Shown: positions 10,179 through 21,200 of the stretch, piece by piece
Numbering within the stretch: the stretch's first letter is position 1
Layout of the letters: every line of letters starts with the position of its first letter
NCBI GenBank assembly: GCA_965660845.1
Contig: CBFIBH010000002.1
Span: 290,631-354,630, forward strand
DNA length: 64,000 nucleotides
Reading direction: 5' to 3'
From: Flavobacteriaceae bacterium
GTDB lineage: Bacteria > Bacteroidota > Bacteroidia > Flavobacteriales > Flavobacteriaceae
Notes under the pieces: generated by a model
Seen by the model: the letters and a program-made list of their open reading frames with translations, nothing else
Database searches by the model: none
Told to the model about the DNA's origin: nothing
Program-made: the position numbers and the translations under genes

Positions 10179-10469
10179 TTATTCAGTTAACTGAACGATA
10201 CATTTATCAATCTCTCTAATTAAAGCGTTTATTTTGAGTTTTGTATCTCTTTTATATTCACTACTGCCTTCAATAGTTTTAGCAATTCTTAGAAGCTTAA
10301 GTTGTTTTGCTTGTTCTTCTAATAGTTGCTCTTTTTCTAAAAGTTGATGTAGGATTTCATTTTTACTTTTTAATAACACTTCGTTTTCTTCTTTAAGAAA
10401 ATCGTAATTAGAAACTAGCATGTCTAATTTTGTTTCTAATTCTCGAATTGCCTCATTTATGTAAGCCAT
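10179..10469 (-). CDS. Coiled-coil protein (ZapB-like) upstream of zapA
   Basis: Heptad pattern; C-terminal TKLKINALIREIDKCI; position directly upstream of zapA. Confidence 0.7.
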   Translation of the reverse strand: MAYINEAIRELETKLDMLVSNYDFLKEENEVLLKSKNEILHQLLEKEQLLEEQAKQLKLLRIAKTIEGSSEYKRDTKLKINALIREIDKCIVQLTE

Positions 10470-10604
10470 TCAACTTTTAAATTAATAACTATTTCTACAA
10501 AATTAAGATTCTAGATGACATAGAGCAACTTTTCACATTTTATTTATAAAAATTCAATCAATTCATAATAAATCAATTTCTTATTTTAGCTTAAAATCAT
10601 TGAA

Positions 10605-12299
10605 TTGAAGAAGCTTATTCCTTTTATTTTACTGGCAAATTACTGTTTTGCTCAGACTAATTATCCTAAAAATTATTTTAGAAACCCTTTAGATATTCCA
10701 ATTGTTTTAGCTGGAACTTTTGGTGAATTACGAAGCAATCATTTTCATGCAGGACTGGATATGAAAACAAAACAACGAGAAGGTTTAGATGTTCATGCAG
10801 CAGCTGATGGTTACGTTTCAAGAATAAAGGTTGCCTTATGGGGTTATGGAAAAGTTATTTATGTAACACATCCTAATGGTTATACAAGTGTTTATGCACA
10901 TTTGAAAAAATTTGGTGATGGAATAGAAGAATATGTGAAAAACGTTCAATACAGAAAAAAATCTTTTGAAACAGGAAATATTTTTCTTAGAGAAGGAGAA
11001 ATCCCTGTAAAAAAAGGTCAAGTAATTGGTTATTCTGGAAGTACTGGTGGGTTTGTTGCTCCTCATTTACATTTTGAAATTCGAGATACTAAAACCGAAA
11101 ATATTATAAATCCAATGCATTTTGGCTTAACTCCAAAAGACACCATTGTTCCTTCAATTCTGAAGTTAGTTGCTTATCCATTAGAGACCACTTCAAGAAT
11201 AAATAGATCGAAGAAGAGAACTTTATTACCACTTAGGAGAATTAAAGCTGGTCTTTATCGAACTAATAAAATAACAGCTTATGGAGATATTGGTTTTGCT
11301 ATCAATACCTCTGACCAATTGAATGCAACTTATAATAGAAATGGAGTTTATTCTATTGAAATGTTAGTGAACGGAAAAAGAGTTTATTATCACGATGTAG
11401 AAACCTTTACGTTTGCAGAGAGTAAATTTATAAATTTACATATCGACTATAATTATTATGCTCGATTTAGGTCTAGAGTTCAAAAAACATATAAGGAAGA
11501 AAACAATAAATTAAGTACCTACAAGACTCTTGTAAATAATGGAATTATCAATGTTGCTAATTCTTTAAACTATACTGTTACTATAAAAGTCAAAGATTTT
11601 GCTGGAAATTCATCTAAAGTTATGATTCCCATTTCTGGAGTGAAGAGCAATTCAATTTTTGAGAAACCTAAAGATTCAACTAATTACAAAGTTGAACATC
11701 AAAAATTTACAAAATTTATTAAAAATGGAGTTTCTATAGCTTTTCCAAAGAGAACTTTTTATGAGGATTTTTATATGGATTTTGATATGACCAAAGATTC
11801 TATGGCTATCATACACAAACCAATCATTCCTTTAGATAGAAAATACACTCTCACCTTTAATGTCAAAAATTATTCTGAGAAAGACAAAGAACATATGTAC
11901 ATAGCCAATATGAATAATAAACGCTATGCAAATTATGTAAATACTGTAAAGAAGAACGATAAGTTTTATACAACCACAAAGACTCTTGGAAAATACAAAC
12001 TCCTAAAAGATAGTATACCACCTAGAATATTCAAACCCAATTTTAGAAAAGGTGCTAATATCAACACCAAAGATTATCTTAAAATTAAAATTGAAGACAA
12101 ACAAACTGGTATCAAGGAATACAAAGCCTTCATTGATAATGAATGGGTTTTGATGGAATACAATTTAAAAAGAAAAGAACTCACCTACGATTTTAGAGAT
12201 AAAAAATTGGTAGGTAACAAACATATCTTTAAACTTGTAGTCTCAGATAATGTTGGAAATACCAATTCTTATTCTGCAACGTTTTATATAAAACCATAG
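10605..12299 (+). CDS. M23-family metallopeptidase
   Basis: GTFGELRSNHFHAGLDMK (HxxxD), YAHL, PHLHFEIR (HxH). Confidence 0.92.
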   Translation: MKKLIPFILLANYCFAQTNYPKNYFRNPLDIPIVLAGTFGELRSNHFHAGLDMKTKQREGLDVHAAADGYVSRIKVALWGYGKVIYVTHPNGYTSVYAHLKKFGDGIEEYVKNVQYRKKSFETGNIFLREGEIPVKKGQVIGYSGSTGGFVAPHLHFEIRDTKTENIINPMHFGLTPKDTIVPSILKLVAYPLETTSRINRSKKRTLLPLRRIKAGLYRTNKITAYGDIGFAINTSDQLNATYNRNGVYSIEMLVNGKRVYYHDVETFTFAESKFINLHIDYNYYARFRSRVQKTYKEENNKLSTYKTLVNNGIINVANSLNYTVTIKVKDFAGNSSKVMIPISGVKSNSIFEKPKDSTNYKVEHQKFTKFIKNGVSIAFPKRTFYEDFYMDFDMTKDSMAIIHKPIIPLDRKYTLTFNVKNYSEKDKEHMYIANMNNKRYANYVNTVKKNDKFYTTTKTLGKYKLLKDSIPPRIFKPNFRKGANINTKDYLKIKIEDKQTGIKEYKAFIDNEWVLMEYNLKRKELTYDFRDKKLVGNKHIFKLVVSDNVGNTNSYSATFYIKP

Positions 12300-12304
12300 T
12301 TCTT

Positions 12305-14764
12305 TTGAAGAAACATTTTTTCCTGCTTTTTTTCTTTTCATGTTTTTTTGTTTTTGCACAAAAAACTACACTCATCATAGGTTTTGTAAAGGATTCTAAT
12401 AAGAAACCAATGCAAGGAGTTTCTGTGAAATATAACAATATAGGAACTATAACAGATAAAAGAGGTTTTTATGAATTGCGAATTCCTCTAAAAAAAGAAG
12501 TTGAGATATCCTTTAGCTATTTAGGTTATCAAACTTTTACAAAAAAAGTAAGAGCTGTAAGTAGAAAAGTAATTCGTTTTTCTCCTGTCTTAAAACTAAA
12601 AACAGAAGTACTAGAAACTGTTGTTATTAAAAACAACAATAATAAACTTCAAGGAATTACAAAATTAGATCCAAATAAAATCAAAAGACTTCCTGGTGCA
12701 AATGCAGGTGTAGAAACACTTTTAATGACATTACCGGGAGTAAATAATAACAATGAGTTAAGTACTCAATACAACGTTCGTGGTGGTAATTTTGATGAAA
12801 ACTTAGTTTATGTTAATGGAATTGAGGTGTATAGACCCTTTTTAGTTCGTTCTGGTCAACAAGAGGGTTTGAGTTTTATAAATTCTAATATGGTTCAGAA
12901 TATTCAATTTTCTGCTGGAGGATTTCAAGCTAAATATGGTGACAAACTTTCTTCGGTTTTAGATATTACTTATAAAAAACCATCGGAGCAAAGTTTTACT
13001 GTAGAAGGAAGTCTTTTAGGTGGAAGTTTTACGTATGAGGATAATTTATTAGATGAAAAACTCAGTATTATCAATGGAATAAGATATAGAGACAATAGTT
13101 TGTTTGTGAATAGTAGACAAACAGACATCAATTTTAGACCTCAATTTACAGATATACAGTCATACGTTAGTTATGAACTTGATGAACGTTGGAAACTGAA
13201 TTTTTTAGGGAATATTTCTTTGAATGATTACAATTATCAACCTATTTCTAGGAGAACTCGTTTCGGAACTGTAGCTAATCCTATCGAGTTGATTGTTTTT
13301 TATGAGGGACAAGAAAAATATCAATATTTAACAACTTTTGGAGCTGTAAGTGCAGATTTTGAATTGAATGATGAATGGAATTTTACAGGAACCATATCAG
13401 CTTTTAATACTCAAGAAGAAGAATACTTTGATATTGCAGCTTCTTATAATTTAGGAGAAGTAGACACTGATGCTGGTTCTAGCACATTTGGAGAAGCAAA
13501 CTTTACACAAGGTTTAGGTTCTCAATTGAATCATTCTAGAAATGATTTGGATGCGTTAATCGTAAATGCTCAAATTAAAGGAAGCTATAAAAAAGATGGT
13601 AACAAGTTTGATTTTGGAATCAAATTACAAAAAGAAAATATTAAAGATAGAATTAGAGAATGGGAAGTCATAGATTCTCTAGGTTTTAATATTCCAAACC
13701 CAAACGATTTCTCAACACTAATAAATGATCAACCTTACACTCCATATGAAGGTCCAATCATTCCTTTTCAAACCATTCGATCAGAAAATGAAGTTGATAT
13801 CACTAGAATATCAGCTTTTGCTCAATACAGCGAGAAAACATTTATCAATGATCATGAAATGTGGTTTAATTTCGGAGTAAGAAGTCAGTATTGGACAGTT
13901 AATGATAATAGAGGAAATAAGAGTAAAAGAATTATTTTTAGTCCTAGAGCTCAATTTGCTATTAAACCTGATTGGGTAAAAGACATTGTATTTAGATTAT
14001 CAGCAGGAGTTTATTCTCAACCACCATTTTATAGAGAACTTCGAGATTTTAACGGTCAAGTAAATGCAAATGTACTTGCTCAAAATTCTTTTCATTTGGT
14101 TGCTGGATCTGACTACAGTTTTAAAATGTGGAATAGACCTTTTAAATTAACAACAGAGCTTTATTATAAAAGTTTAACGAATGTTAATACGTATGTTGTA
14201 GATAATGTTAGAATTCGATATCAAGCAAGAAATAATGCTGAAGCTTATGCATATGGATTGGATGCAAGACTCAATGGAGAATTTATTCCAGGAAGTGAAA
14301 GTTGGGTGAGTTTTGGATATTTAAAAACAGAAGAAAACATTAGTAATCAAGGATATATTGCCAGACCAACAGATCAACGATTAAAATTTGGTGTTTTATT
14401 TCAAGATTATGTTCCCAACCTACCAAATTTAAAAGCGTATTTAAATTTAGTTTATAACACTGGTGTTCCAGGTGGTGCTCCTGCTTATGCAAATCCTTAC
14501 GATTTTCAAAATAGATTAAGGGATTATAAAAGAGCAGATTTAGGAGTTTTATATGTAATCACTGATAGTAACAAAAGGTATAAAACTGGATGGTTAAAAG
14601 ATGTAAAAGAGTTAACAGCAGGATTAGAGTTGTTCAATATCTTTGATGTGCAAAACTCTATTACTAACACTTGGGTAAGAGATGTTTTTAGTAAAAATCA
14701 ATTTGGAATCCCTAATTTTATGACTCCTAGGGTATTAAATCTTAGATTTTCAATACAGTTTTAA
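12305..14764 (+). CDS. TonB-dependent receptor with N-terminal carboxypeptidase-regulatory-like domain
   Basis: Plug motif YNVRGGNFDENLVYVNG, SAGGFQAKYGDKLSSVLDI, C-terminal NLRFSIQF. Confidence 0.9.
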   Translation: MKKHFFLLFFFSCFFVFAQKTTLIIGFVKDSNKKPMQGVSVKYNNIGTITDKRGFYELRIPLKKEVEISFSYLGYQTFTKKVRAVSRKVIRFSPVLKLKTEVLETVVIKNNNNKLQGITKLDPNKIKRLPGANAGVETLLMTLPGVNNNNELSTQYNVRGGNFDENLVYVNGIEVYRPFLVRSGQQEGLSFINSNMVQNIQFSAGGFQAKYGDKLSSVLDITYKKPSEQSFTVEGSLLGGSFTYEDNLLDEKLSIINGIRYRDNSLFVNSRQTDINFRPQFTDIQSYVSYELDERWKLNFLGNISLNDYNYQPISRRTRFGTVANPIELIVFYEGQEKYQYLTTFGAVSADFELNDEWNFTGTISAFNTQEEEYFDIAASYNLGEVDTDAGSSTFGEANFTQGLGSQLNHSRNDLDALIVNAQIKGSYKKDGNKFDFGIKLQKENIKDRIREWEVIDSLGFNIPNPNDFSTLINDQPYTPYEGPIIPFQTIRSENEVDITRISAFAQYSEKTFINDHEMWFNFGVRSQYWTVNDNRGNKSKRIIFSPRAQFAIKPDWVKDIVFRLSAGVYSQPPFYRELRDFNGQVNANVLAQNSFHLVAGSDYSFKMWNRPFKLTTELYYKSLTNVNTYVVDNVRIRYQARNNAEAYAYGLDARLNGEFIPGSESWVSFGYLKTEENISNQGYIARPTDQRLKFGVLFQDYVPNLPNLKAYLNLVYNTGVPGGAPAYANPYDFQNRLRDYKRADLGVLYVITDSNKRYKTGWLKDVKELTAGLELFNIFDVQNSITNTWVRDVFSKNQFGIPNFMTPRVLNLRFSIQF

Positions 14765-14777
14765 AAGGTTTAAATAT

Positions 14778-15708
14778 ATGGTAAGGTACTTTTTGCTATT
14801 TATTATTGGTACTTGTATTTTTGAGTTGTCAACCAGAAAAAGAAAAAATAAATCCGCAAAAAGATTGGTGGTATTGGACGACAGAATATGATGACAAGTC
14901 ATATTTAATAGCATTTGGTGGAAATAAAGATACTCTTAAAATATCATCATTTTCAAATACTTCATTCAATTATTCATTACCTGTTAAAGGAACAATTACC
15001 AAACTAGATTGGCATCCAAATAAAAATCAAATTGCTGTTGCTACACAAGGAACTGATGTAAGCAGTTTTATTTTAGTTATAGATACAAAAGAAAAAATCA
15101 TCTTTAAAGAAATTATAGGATCCAGAGGAATTAAATGGAATTCTGATGGGTCAAAAATTGCTTTAGGTGATAATGAAGGAAATTTATACATCTATAATAA
15201 TCAAGGAAAACTTTTAGATTCAGTAATTCAAAAACAAAAAGCAATAACAGATATTAGCTGGAGCCCAAATAATGAAGTGATTATTTCAGTTGGTCATCAT
15301 GTTGGTATTTATAACTTAAAAACAAAAAAGAATACAAATATTAAACATCGAGGAAAAGATGTTTTAATGCTTTGTGTCTCCTGGCATCCTAGTGGTGAAT
15401 TTTTTGTGACAGCAGATTATGGTGATTTTGAGTATAATTATACTCCACTTTTACAATATTAGAATAAAGATGGTAACAGATTAAAAGATATACGAAGAAG
15501 TAAGGCTGAATATAGAAATATAAAATGGTCTAAAGATGGGGCGTTTTTAGCAACAGCAAGTGATGCACTTCGAATCTGGGATAAACAAGGTAAATTAATT
15601 AAAGAAATTGATTTTAAAGAAAATCTTTGTGGTTTAACTTGGTTAACAGATAACACTTTAAAAGTAACTGATAACTCTGGAAATAGTTATACAAAATCTA
15701 TCGATTAA
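14778..15708 (+). pseudogene. WD40-repeat lipoprotein disrupted by a +1 frameshift and an in-frame TAG
   Basis: ATG at 14778 is out of frame by one T (T5 at 14790-14794); TAG at 15460-15462 followed in frame by further WD repeats to TAA at 15706-15708. Confidence 0.82.
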
Positions 15709-15733
15709 TTAACTCTTCTAAAAAGAAACAAGA

Positions 15734-16191
15734 ATGGAATTAATAAGCTTAGAAACTAAAATTTTTAAAAATAAAAGTCTTCAGAAATACTATAATAACA
15801 CAAAAAAACTTATTGATTTAATTGGTGAAAGAAATTTAGATCCTGAAACAATTCTTTTACTCAATAAAGAAATTGAGCTTATAAAAAATGGGTTGAAGGA
15901 GAATGAAAAAAAAATCAAAACTATTCTCTATAAGAAAAAGTACAATTTGTTGAAAATTTAGAAAAAAGGCATAAACTGGTTCCTAAAAATTACTACAGAA
16001 ATCTGTGGTTAGTTTTAGGTATGTCTGTTTTTGGCGTACCATTTGGCTTAATGTTTGGCTTCGCTTTAAATAACCTCGCTTTTCTTGGAATAGGGTTACC
16101 AATAGGAATAGCAGTTGGAATTGCATTAGGTTCTTCTAAAGACCAAGAAGCTTTAAAAAAAGGGTTGCAATTAGATATAGAATCTTTTTAA
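15734..16191 (+). pseudogene. Small membrane protein split by a 1-nt frameshift
   Basis: ...LLKI* at 15959-15961, continues in another frame as LEKRHKLVPKNYYRNLWLVLGMSVFG...GLQLDIESF* (Gly-rich TM segments). Confidence 0.78.
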
Positions 16192-16641
16192 CTAAAGGAT
16201 TTGTGCTGTGTGATCTTTTGTTTTTACTTTAGAAATTACTTCTTCTATATTTCCAGTTTCTGAGATAACAAATGTAGTTCTGTGAATTCCATCATACTCT
16301 TTTCCCATAAATTTTTTTGGTCCCCAAACACCAAAAGCATTGATAACGTTTTTATCTTCATCTGCTAACAAAGGAAATGGTAATTCATATTTATTGATAA
16401 AGTTTTGTTGTCTTTTAGCAGAATCTGCACTAACACCTAAAACATCGTAACCTTTTGCTAAAAACGAATGATAGTTATCCCTCAAATTACAAGCTTCAGC
16501 AGTACAACCTGGAGTACTAGCTTTAGGATAGAAGAATAATACTAACTTTTTACCCGCATAATCTGCTAACTTAATAAGGTTTCCATTTTGATCTTTTGCT
16601 TCAAAATTTGGAGCTTTATCACCTGCTTTTAACGTTGTCAT
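16192..16641 (-). CDS. bcp: Thioredoxin-dependent thiol peroxidase (BCP/PrxQ)
   Basis: FFYPKASTPGCTAEACNLRD peroxidatic motif. Confidence 0.95.
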   Translation of the reverse strand: MTTLKAGDKAPNFEAKDQNGNLIKLADYAGKKLVLFFYPKASTPGCTAEACNLRDNYHSFLAKGYDVLGVSADSAKRQQNFINKYELPFPLLADEDKNVINAFGVWGPKKFMGKEYDGIHRTTFVISETGNIEEVISKVKTKDHTAQIL

Positions 16642-16674
16642 AATTTGTATTTTTGTTTTTGTAAAGATACTGAA

Positions 16675-17322
16675 ATGACAAAAGCCGAAAAAGTTTCATT
16701 TGTTATAAAAACGTTAGAAAATTTATATCCTGAAACACCTATACCATTAAATCATAAAGACCCTTATACTTTATTAATAGCTGTATTACTCTCAGCCCAA
16801 AGTACAGATGCTAGGGTAAATATTATTACTCCTCTATTATTTGAAAGAGCTGATAATCCTTATGATATGATAAAATTATCAGTAGATGAAATAAGAGAAA
16901 TTATAAAACCTGTAGGCTTATCACCGATGAAATCAAAAGGAATTTATGGGTTATCTCATATATTAATTGATAAATATGAAGGAAAAGTTCCAGCTAATAT
17001 AAAAGCATTGGAAGAATTACCTGCTGTAGGACATAAAACAGCTAGTGTTGTAATGAGTCAAGCTTTTGGAGAACCTGCTTTTCCTGTTGATACTCATATA
17101 CATAGATTGATGTATCGATGGAATTTGACAAATGGTAAAAATGTTGTTCAAACTGAGAAAGATGCAAAGAGATTGTTTCCAAAAGAATTATGGAATAAAC
17201 TTCATTTACAAATCATTTATTATGGTAGGGAATATTCTCCTGCAAGAGGATGGAATTTAGAAAAGGATATCATTACCAAGACTATTGGCAGAAAGTCAGT
17301 TATAAAAGAATACTATAAATAA
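16675..17322 (+). CDS. nth: Endonuclease III (HhH-GPD glycosylase/lyase), cysteine-free variant
   Basis: LLIAVLLSAQSTD, LPAVGHKTA (catalytic Lys), FPVDTH (catalytic Asp); ATG at 16675. Confidence 0.9.
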   Translation: MTKAEKVSFVIKTLENLYPETPIPLNHKDPYTLLIAVLLSAQSTDARVNIITPLLFERADNPYDMIKLSVDEIREIIKPVGLSPMKSKGIYGLSHILIDKYEGKVPANIKALEELPAVGHKTASVVMSQAFGEPAFPVDTHIHRLMYRWNLTNGKNVVQTEKDAKRLFPKELWNKLHLQIIYYGREYSPARGWNLEKDIITKTIGRKSVIKEYYK

Positions 17323-17352
17323 AAAAAAGCCTAAACTTGTGTTTAGGCTTTT
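17323..17352. terminator. Bidirectional intrinsic terminator
   Basis: AAAAGCCTAAAC-ttgt-GTTTAGGCTTTT between convergent nth and the small ORF/sigma unit. Confidence 0.8.
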
Positions 17353-17359
17353 CCCACTC

Positions 17360-17503
17360 TTAATTCAAATTCAATTCAATGAGAAAGTTTGACTTGGTTT
17401 TTACCACTGACAGTGATTTGGAAAAATTAATTAAAAATTGAACTGTTTCTTTATTAGGTTGCTTCTTAAATTCAGAAGACTTTTTAGTGTAAAGTTGTTT
17501 CAT
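17360..17503 (-). CDS. 47-aa small protein downstream of the ECF sigma gene (not in ORF track)
   Basis: ATG at 17503 to TAA at 17360: MKQLYTKKSSEFKKQPNKETVQFLINFSKSLSVVKTKSNFLIELNLN; ends just before the terminator. Confidence 0.72.
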   Translation of the reverse strand: MKQLYTKKSSEFKKQPNKETVQFLINFSKSLSVVKTKSNFLIELNLN

Positions 17504-17559
17504 ATAAAGTGTTTTATATTTACATATATACACAAAACGAAATCAATTTACTTTTATTG

Positions 17560-18141
17560 TTAATTTACTAATACGATGTTATTTTGCTCTATTATTTTTC
17601 TTAAATTAATAAGTGCATAACGCATTCTTCCTAGGGCTGTATTGATACTAACCCCTGTATTTTCACTTATTTCTTTAAAACTCATATCCTTATATATTCT
17701 CATAATGAGGACTTCTTTTTGTTCTTCAGGCAGTTCTGTTATAATTTCTCTTACATCAGATAATATTTGTTCTTTTATGATTTTCTTTTCAGCATTTAAT
17801 TGTCCATCACTAAGAATAGAAAAAATATCAAACTCTTCAGTATTTCGAAAAGCAGGCATTCTATTTGACTTTCTAAAATGATCTATAACTAGATTATGAG
17901 CAATTCTCATTACCCATGGTAGAAATTTTCCTTCTTCGTTGTAAGCACCACGTTTAAGAGTTTTGATTACTTTAATAAACGTATCTTGAAAAACATCTTC
18001 TGTTATGTCTTTATCCTGAATTTTGCTGTATATAAAACTATACAAACGTTGTTGATGCTTTTTTATCAACATTTCTAGGGCATACTCATCTCCCTGGATA
18101 TATTTACTAACTAGAATACTATCTGAATTGGTTACACACAT
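17560..18141 (-). CDS. ECF-type sigma-70 factor
   Basis: Region 2 (EDVFQDTFIKV..WVMRIAHNLVIDHFRK) and region 4 (LPEEQKEVL..MSFKEIS..SINTALGRMRYA). Confidence 0.92.
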   Translation of the reverse strand: MCVTNSDSILVSKYIQGDEYALEMLIKKHQQRLYSFIYSKIQDKDITEDVFQDTFIKVIKTLKRGAYNEEGKFLPWVMRIAHNLVIDHFRKSNRMPAFRNTEEFDIFSILSDGQLNAEKKIIKEQILSDVREIITELPEEQKEVLIMRIYKDMSFKEISENTGVSINTALGRMRYALINLRKIIEQNNIVLVN

Positions 18142-18295
18142 TTTGCTACTTTTTAGAAAAGCATTAGGGCTTCTCAGTTAAATGACTAAATAATTAAAAG
18201 TAGTTTTTTTCTATATGTATGTATTTGTGTGGATTAACTTAGCCCAAATATGAATATATTTTTTCTCTTAACCAAATTTTTAACAAAAATGGATT

Positions 18296-21200
18296 TTAAT
18301 CTATTATTATTTTCTTAGAATAATTATCTATTTTCAAGATATATACTCCAGTAGCTAGGTTATCAGGAATCTTGATAGTTATAGCTGACTCCTCTCTTCT
18401 TATGTCTAAATTTCTCTTTAAAATTTCAGAACCTCTAATGTCAAATAAGGTAAGTTCTTTAATTTTATTTTTAGTATTTATCGTTAAAAGCTCACCACTT
18501 TTTATTGGATTTGGGTGAATTGTTGTATTCAATAAAGATTCTTGATTCAGATTTAAAGCAGTTCCATTAAAATACTCTAATGCTCTATCAAATGCTTTAT
18601 TACCAATATATTCTCCAATTATTCTTCCGGGTATATCATCTGCAGGTGGATGAATTCCTCCCCAAATTCTAGACAAACTACATTGATCAGAAGCATCTCT
18701 ATAAGTTGCCCATTGAAGAATAACATCCATTGATGGACCTTCTTCAAAAACTAAAAACTCATTTTTCTTGGCTGTAAATTCTCCCATCCCTCCAGGAAAA
18801 TATTCACTTCCAGTTAAGTTAGTTAATATTTCAGCTGCTGCACGTGAATAAGTAGAATGACCTGATACATATCCTGCAAAAGGAGGTGTAACAAATGATG
18901 GTCTTTGATAAGGAACCCATGCTTCCCCAAGTATCCAATCAACTCCAGCAATATCTATATTCGGGTTATCTATAATAGCATGACCTTTCCATGCTTTAAG
19001 TTTTATTTTACCAATATTACCTCCATTACTTCCCTGAAGTGGATCTCCTTCTTCTATTAATTCAACATACCCATCAACCAAAGGGATTCCTTTTTCATTA
19101 TAACTTGGAAGTTCAGGATCGGAGCTTTGACCTAAAGCACACATATATCTTATGGCAGAAATTGGTCTTATATAATCATACCAACCTTTTATACTCCAAG
19201 CTGATATTGCAGAATCATGCATTGCAGCTCCTAAAGTAAAATAAGTTTTAATGTCCCATTCTAAATTGCTTAGAACATTTCCTTGACCTCCAATTTTTTT
19301 CACCAAATCTGGATGATCATTTACATGATTTAAGATTGTATACCAATGTCCTGGAGGTGTTTCAGAATCTGGACCATCAGCCCAAAATTCAGCTAAAACA
19401 CGAGTATAATCTCCTCTAGGGACTAATTGTTCTTGATATGGTTGATTCGTTATAGGGTTGATAACTCGTCCATTTCCTATATCACCTCCTAAAAATTCTT
19501 TGTAGAAATTTGGGTGATCTGAAAAATTGGTGGGTAAATTACTAAGATCAATATCTCCAATAGATCTGGGAGATATGTCCCAAATTTCATTATCTGATGG
19601 ATCTAAATGAGCACTCCAATAAGAAACCAAAGAAAACCCCCATTTATAGGATTCAGAACTTTGTGATAATGGGTCTAAGATTTCTAAAAGTGGAGGACTT
19701 CCTGGGTCTACATATACATGATAATCATCTCCATCTCTTGTGTAAGTTGTATTATCTGAATCAGTTAGTGAAAAAGGCAAAACATTTCCCCATTCAGGAC
19801 TTAGAAAATCTGGTGTTGTAGTACCAATCACATTACCAGATTGATCAATAAAAGAATTAAAACTTAAGGGTTGCCACCTGTTCGGGTCAATATCTGTACT
19901 TATACCTGACAAGTTTGTTATTAAAGGTTCATTAATTGGTGAATAATATAAATTATTATAGTCTGAAACTTCATTAGATCCGTCTTGTAAACCATAATTA
20001 ATAATTGACTGAGCTACAAAATTCCCTAATGATGCTGAATCACCAGTTGTATAATCCTCATCAGTAAAATCAATATCATAGCCTAATTGATTCATATATA
20101 AATTCATCCTAAAAAGCGTAGATTCATATCCTGGAGAATTTTGGAATCTATGTTTTAGTAATCTATAAACAGCATAAGAAAGAGCCTTATTTATAGATTC
20201 GTTGATTTCATCTTGTGGTTGGAAATTTGAAAATACATTTGTAAATCCATGAACAGAATTACCAATTAAATATGTGTTTGCATCATCATTATGAATAGCC
20301 CATATATCGTACATAGCTAGAGATGTATGAAAAAGATTCCTTGCATGAACTGTTGGTCTTGCAAAATCATTTCGTATGGCTTGTAAAAGAATTTCATTCC
20401 ATATTCTAGCTACAGAAAAGTTTTCTGAATTTGGATTGTAACTTAAATCCACATTCACTGTAATGGGTTCTGTTACACAATCTTCAGTTTCTACTAATCG
20501 AACTTGTCCTTGCTGTTCTACTCCCCACATTACAGTAAGACTTTTGGTTCCTTGACCTGAAAGTATTTCACCACCAGTAACACTCCAATTAAATGTTGAA
20601 TTTCTATCTGATGTATAAGTATATGAATCTGTAGACAAGAAATAGCTTGAGTCTGGACCTGTTATTTGATTTGGGGCTAAATAAGTACAAGATCCGTCAT
20701 TTACAGAAGCTGAACTGTTATAGTTACATGCATTTTCATCTGTACAACCGGGAATTTTAATACTGGGCGAAATATTTAATTCTGTAATTCCAGCACCTTC
20801 AGTAATTTCAAAATGCTTGTTTACATCAATATTTTCATGAATTTCTTTTACTCCATTTGGCCATTCAACTTCTATAGAATTAATATTATTGGAAGAGTTT
20901 AAACCAAAATGAAGCGGAAGAATATTTTGAGAGTAAAGTCCAATTCCAGTATTATATCTCTTTATAGTATGATTATCTGTTTTAACAGTAACTATAGAAC
21001 CTACTCCATTTTTATTTGAAGTAACACCACTTAAATAAATTTTTACCCAGTTTTTATCTATTGGCTGATTATTAAAAATAGTTTTATTTTCATAAAACAA
21101 AGGAGGTTCAAATATATTTGTGACAAATAAGTCTAAATCTCCGTCATTATCAAAATCAAAAGTAACACTGGAAGCACTGTAACCTTCATGGTTTAATCCA

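Noticed and set aside
12315-12356. Poly-T runs in the TBDR signal peptide as a phase-variation tract
   Set aside because: Runs are 7 nt or shorter, encode Phe/Leu of a normal hydrophobic core, and the frame is intact
15460-15462. In-frame TAG as pyrrolysine or stop-codon reassignment
   Set aside because: TAG ends normal genes in this window (bcp, GNAT); the same gene has a second lesion; no pyl genes seen
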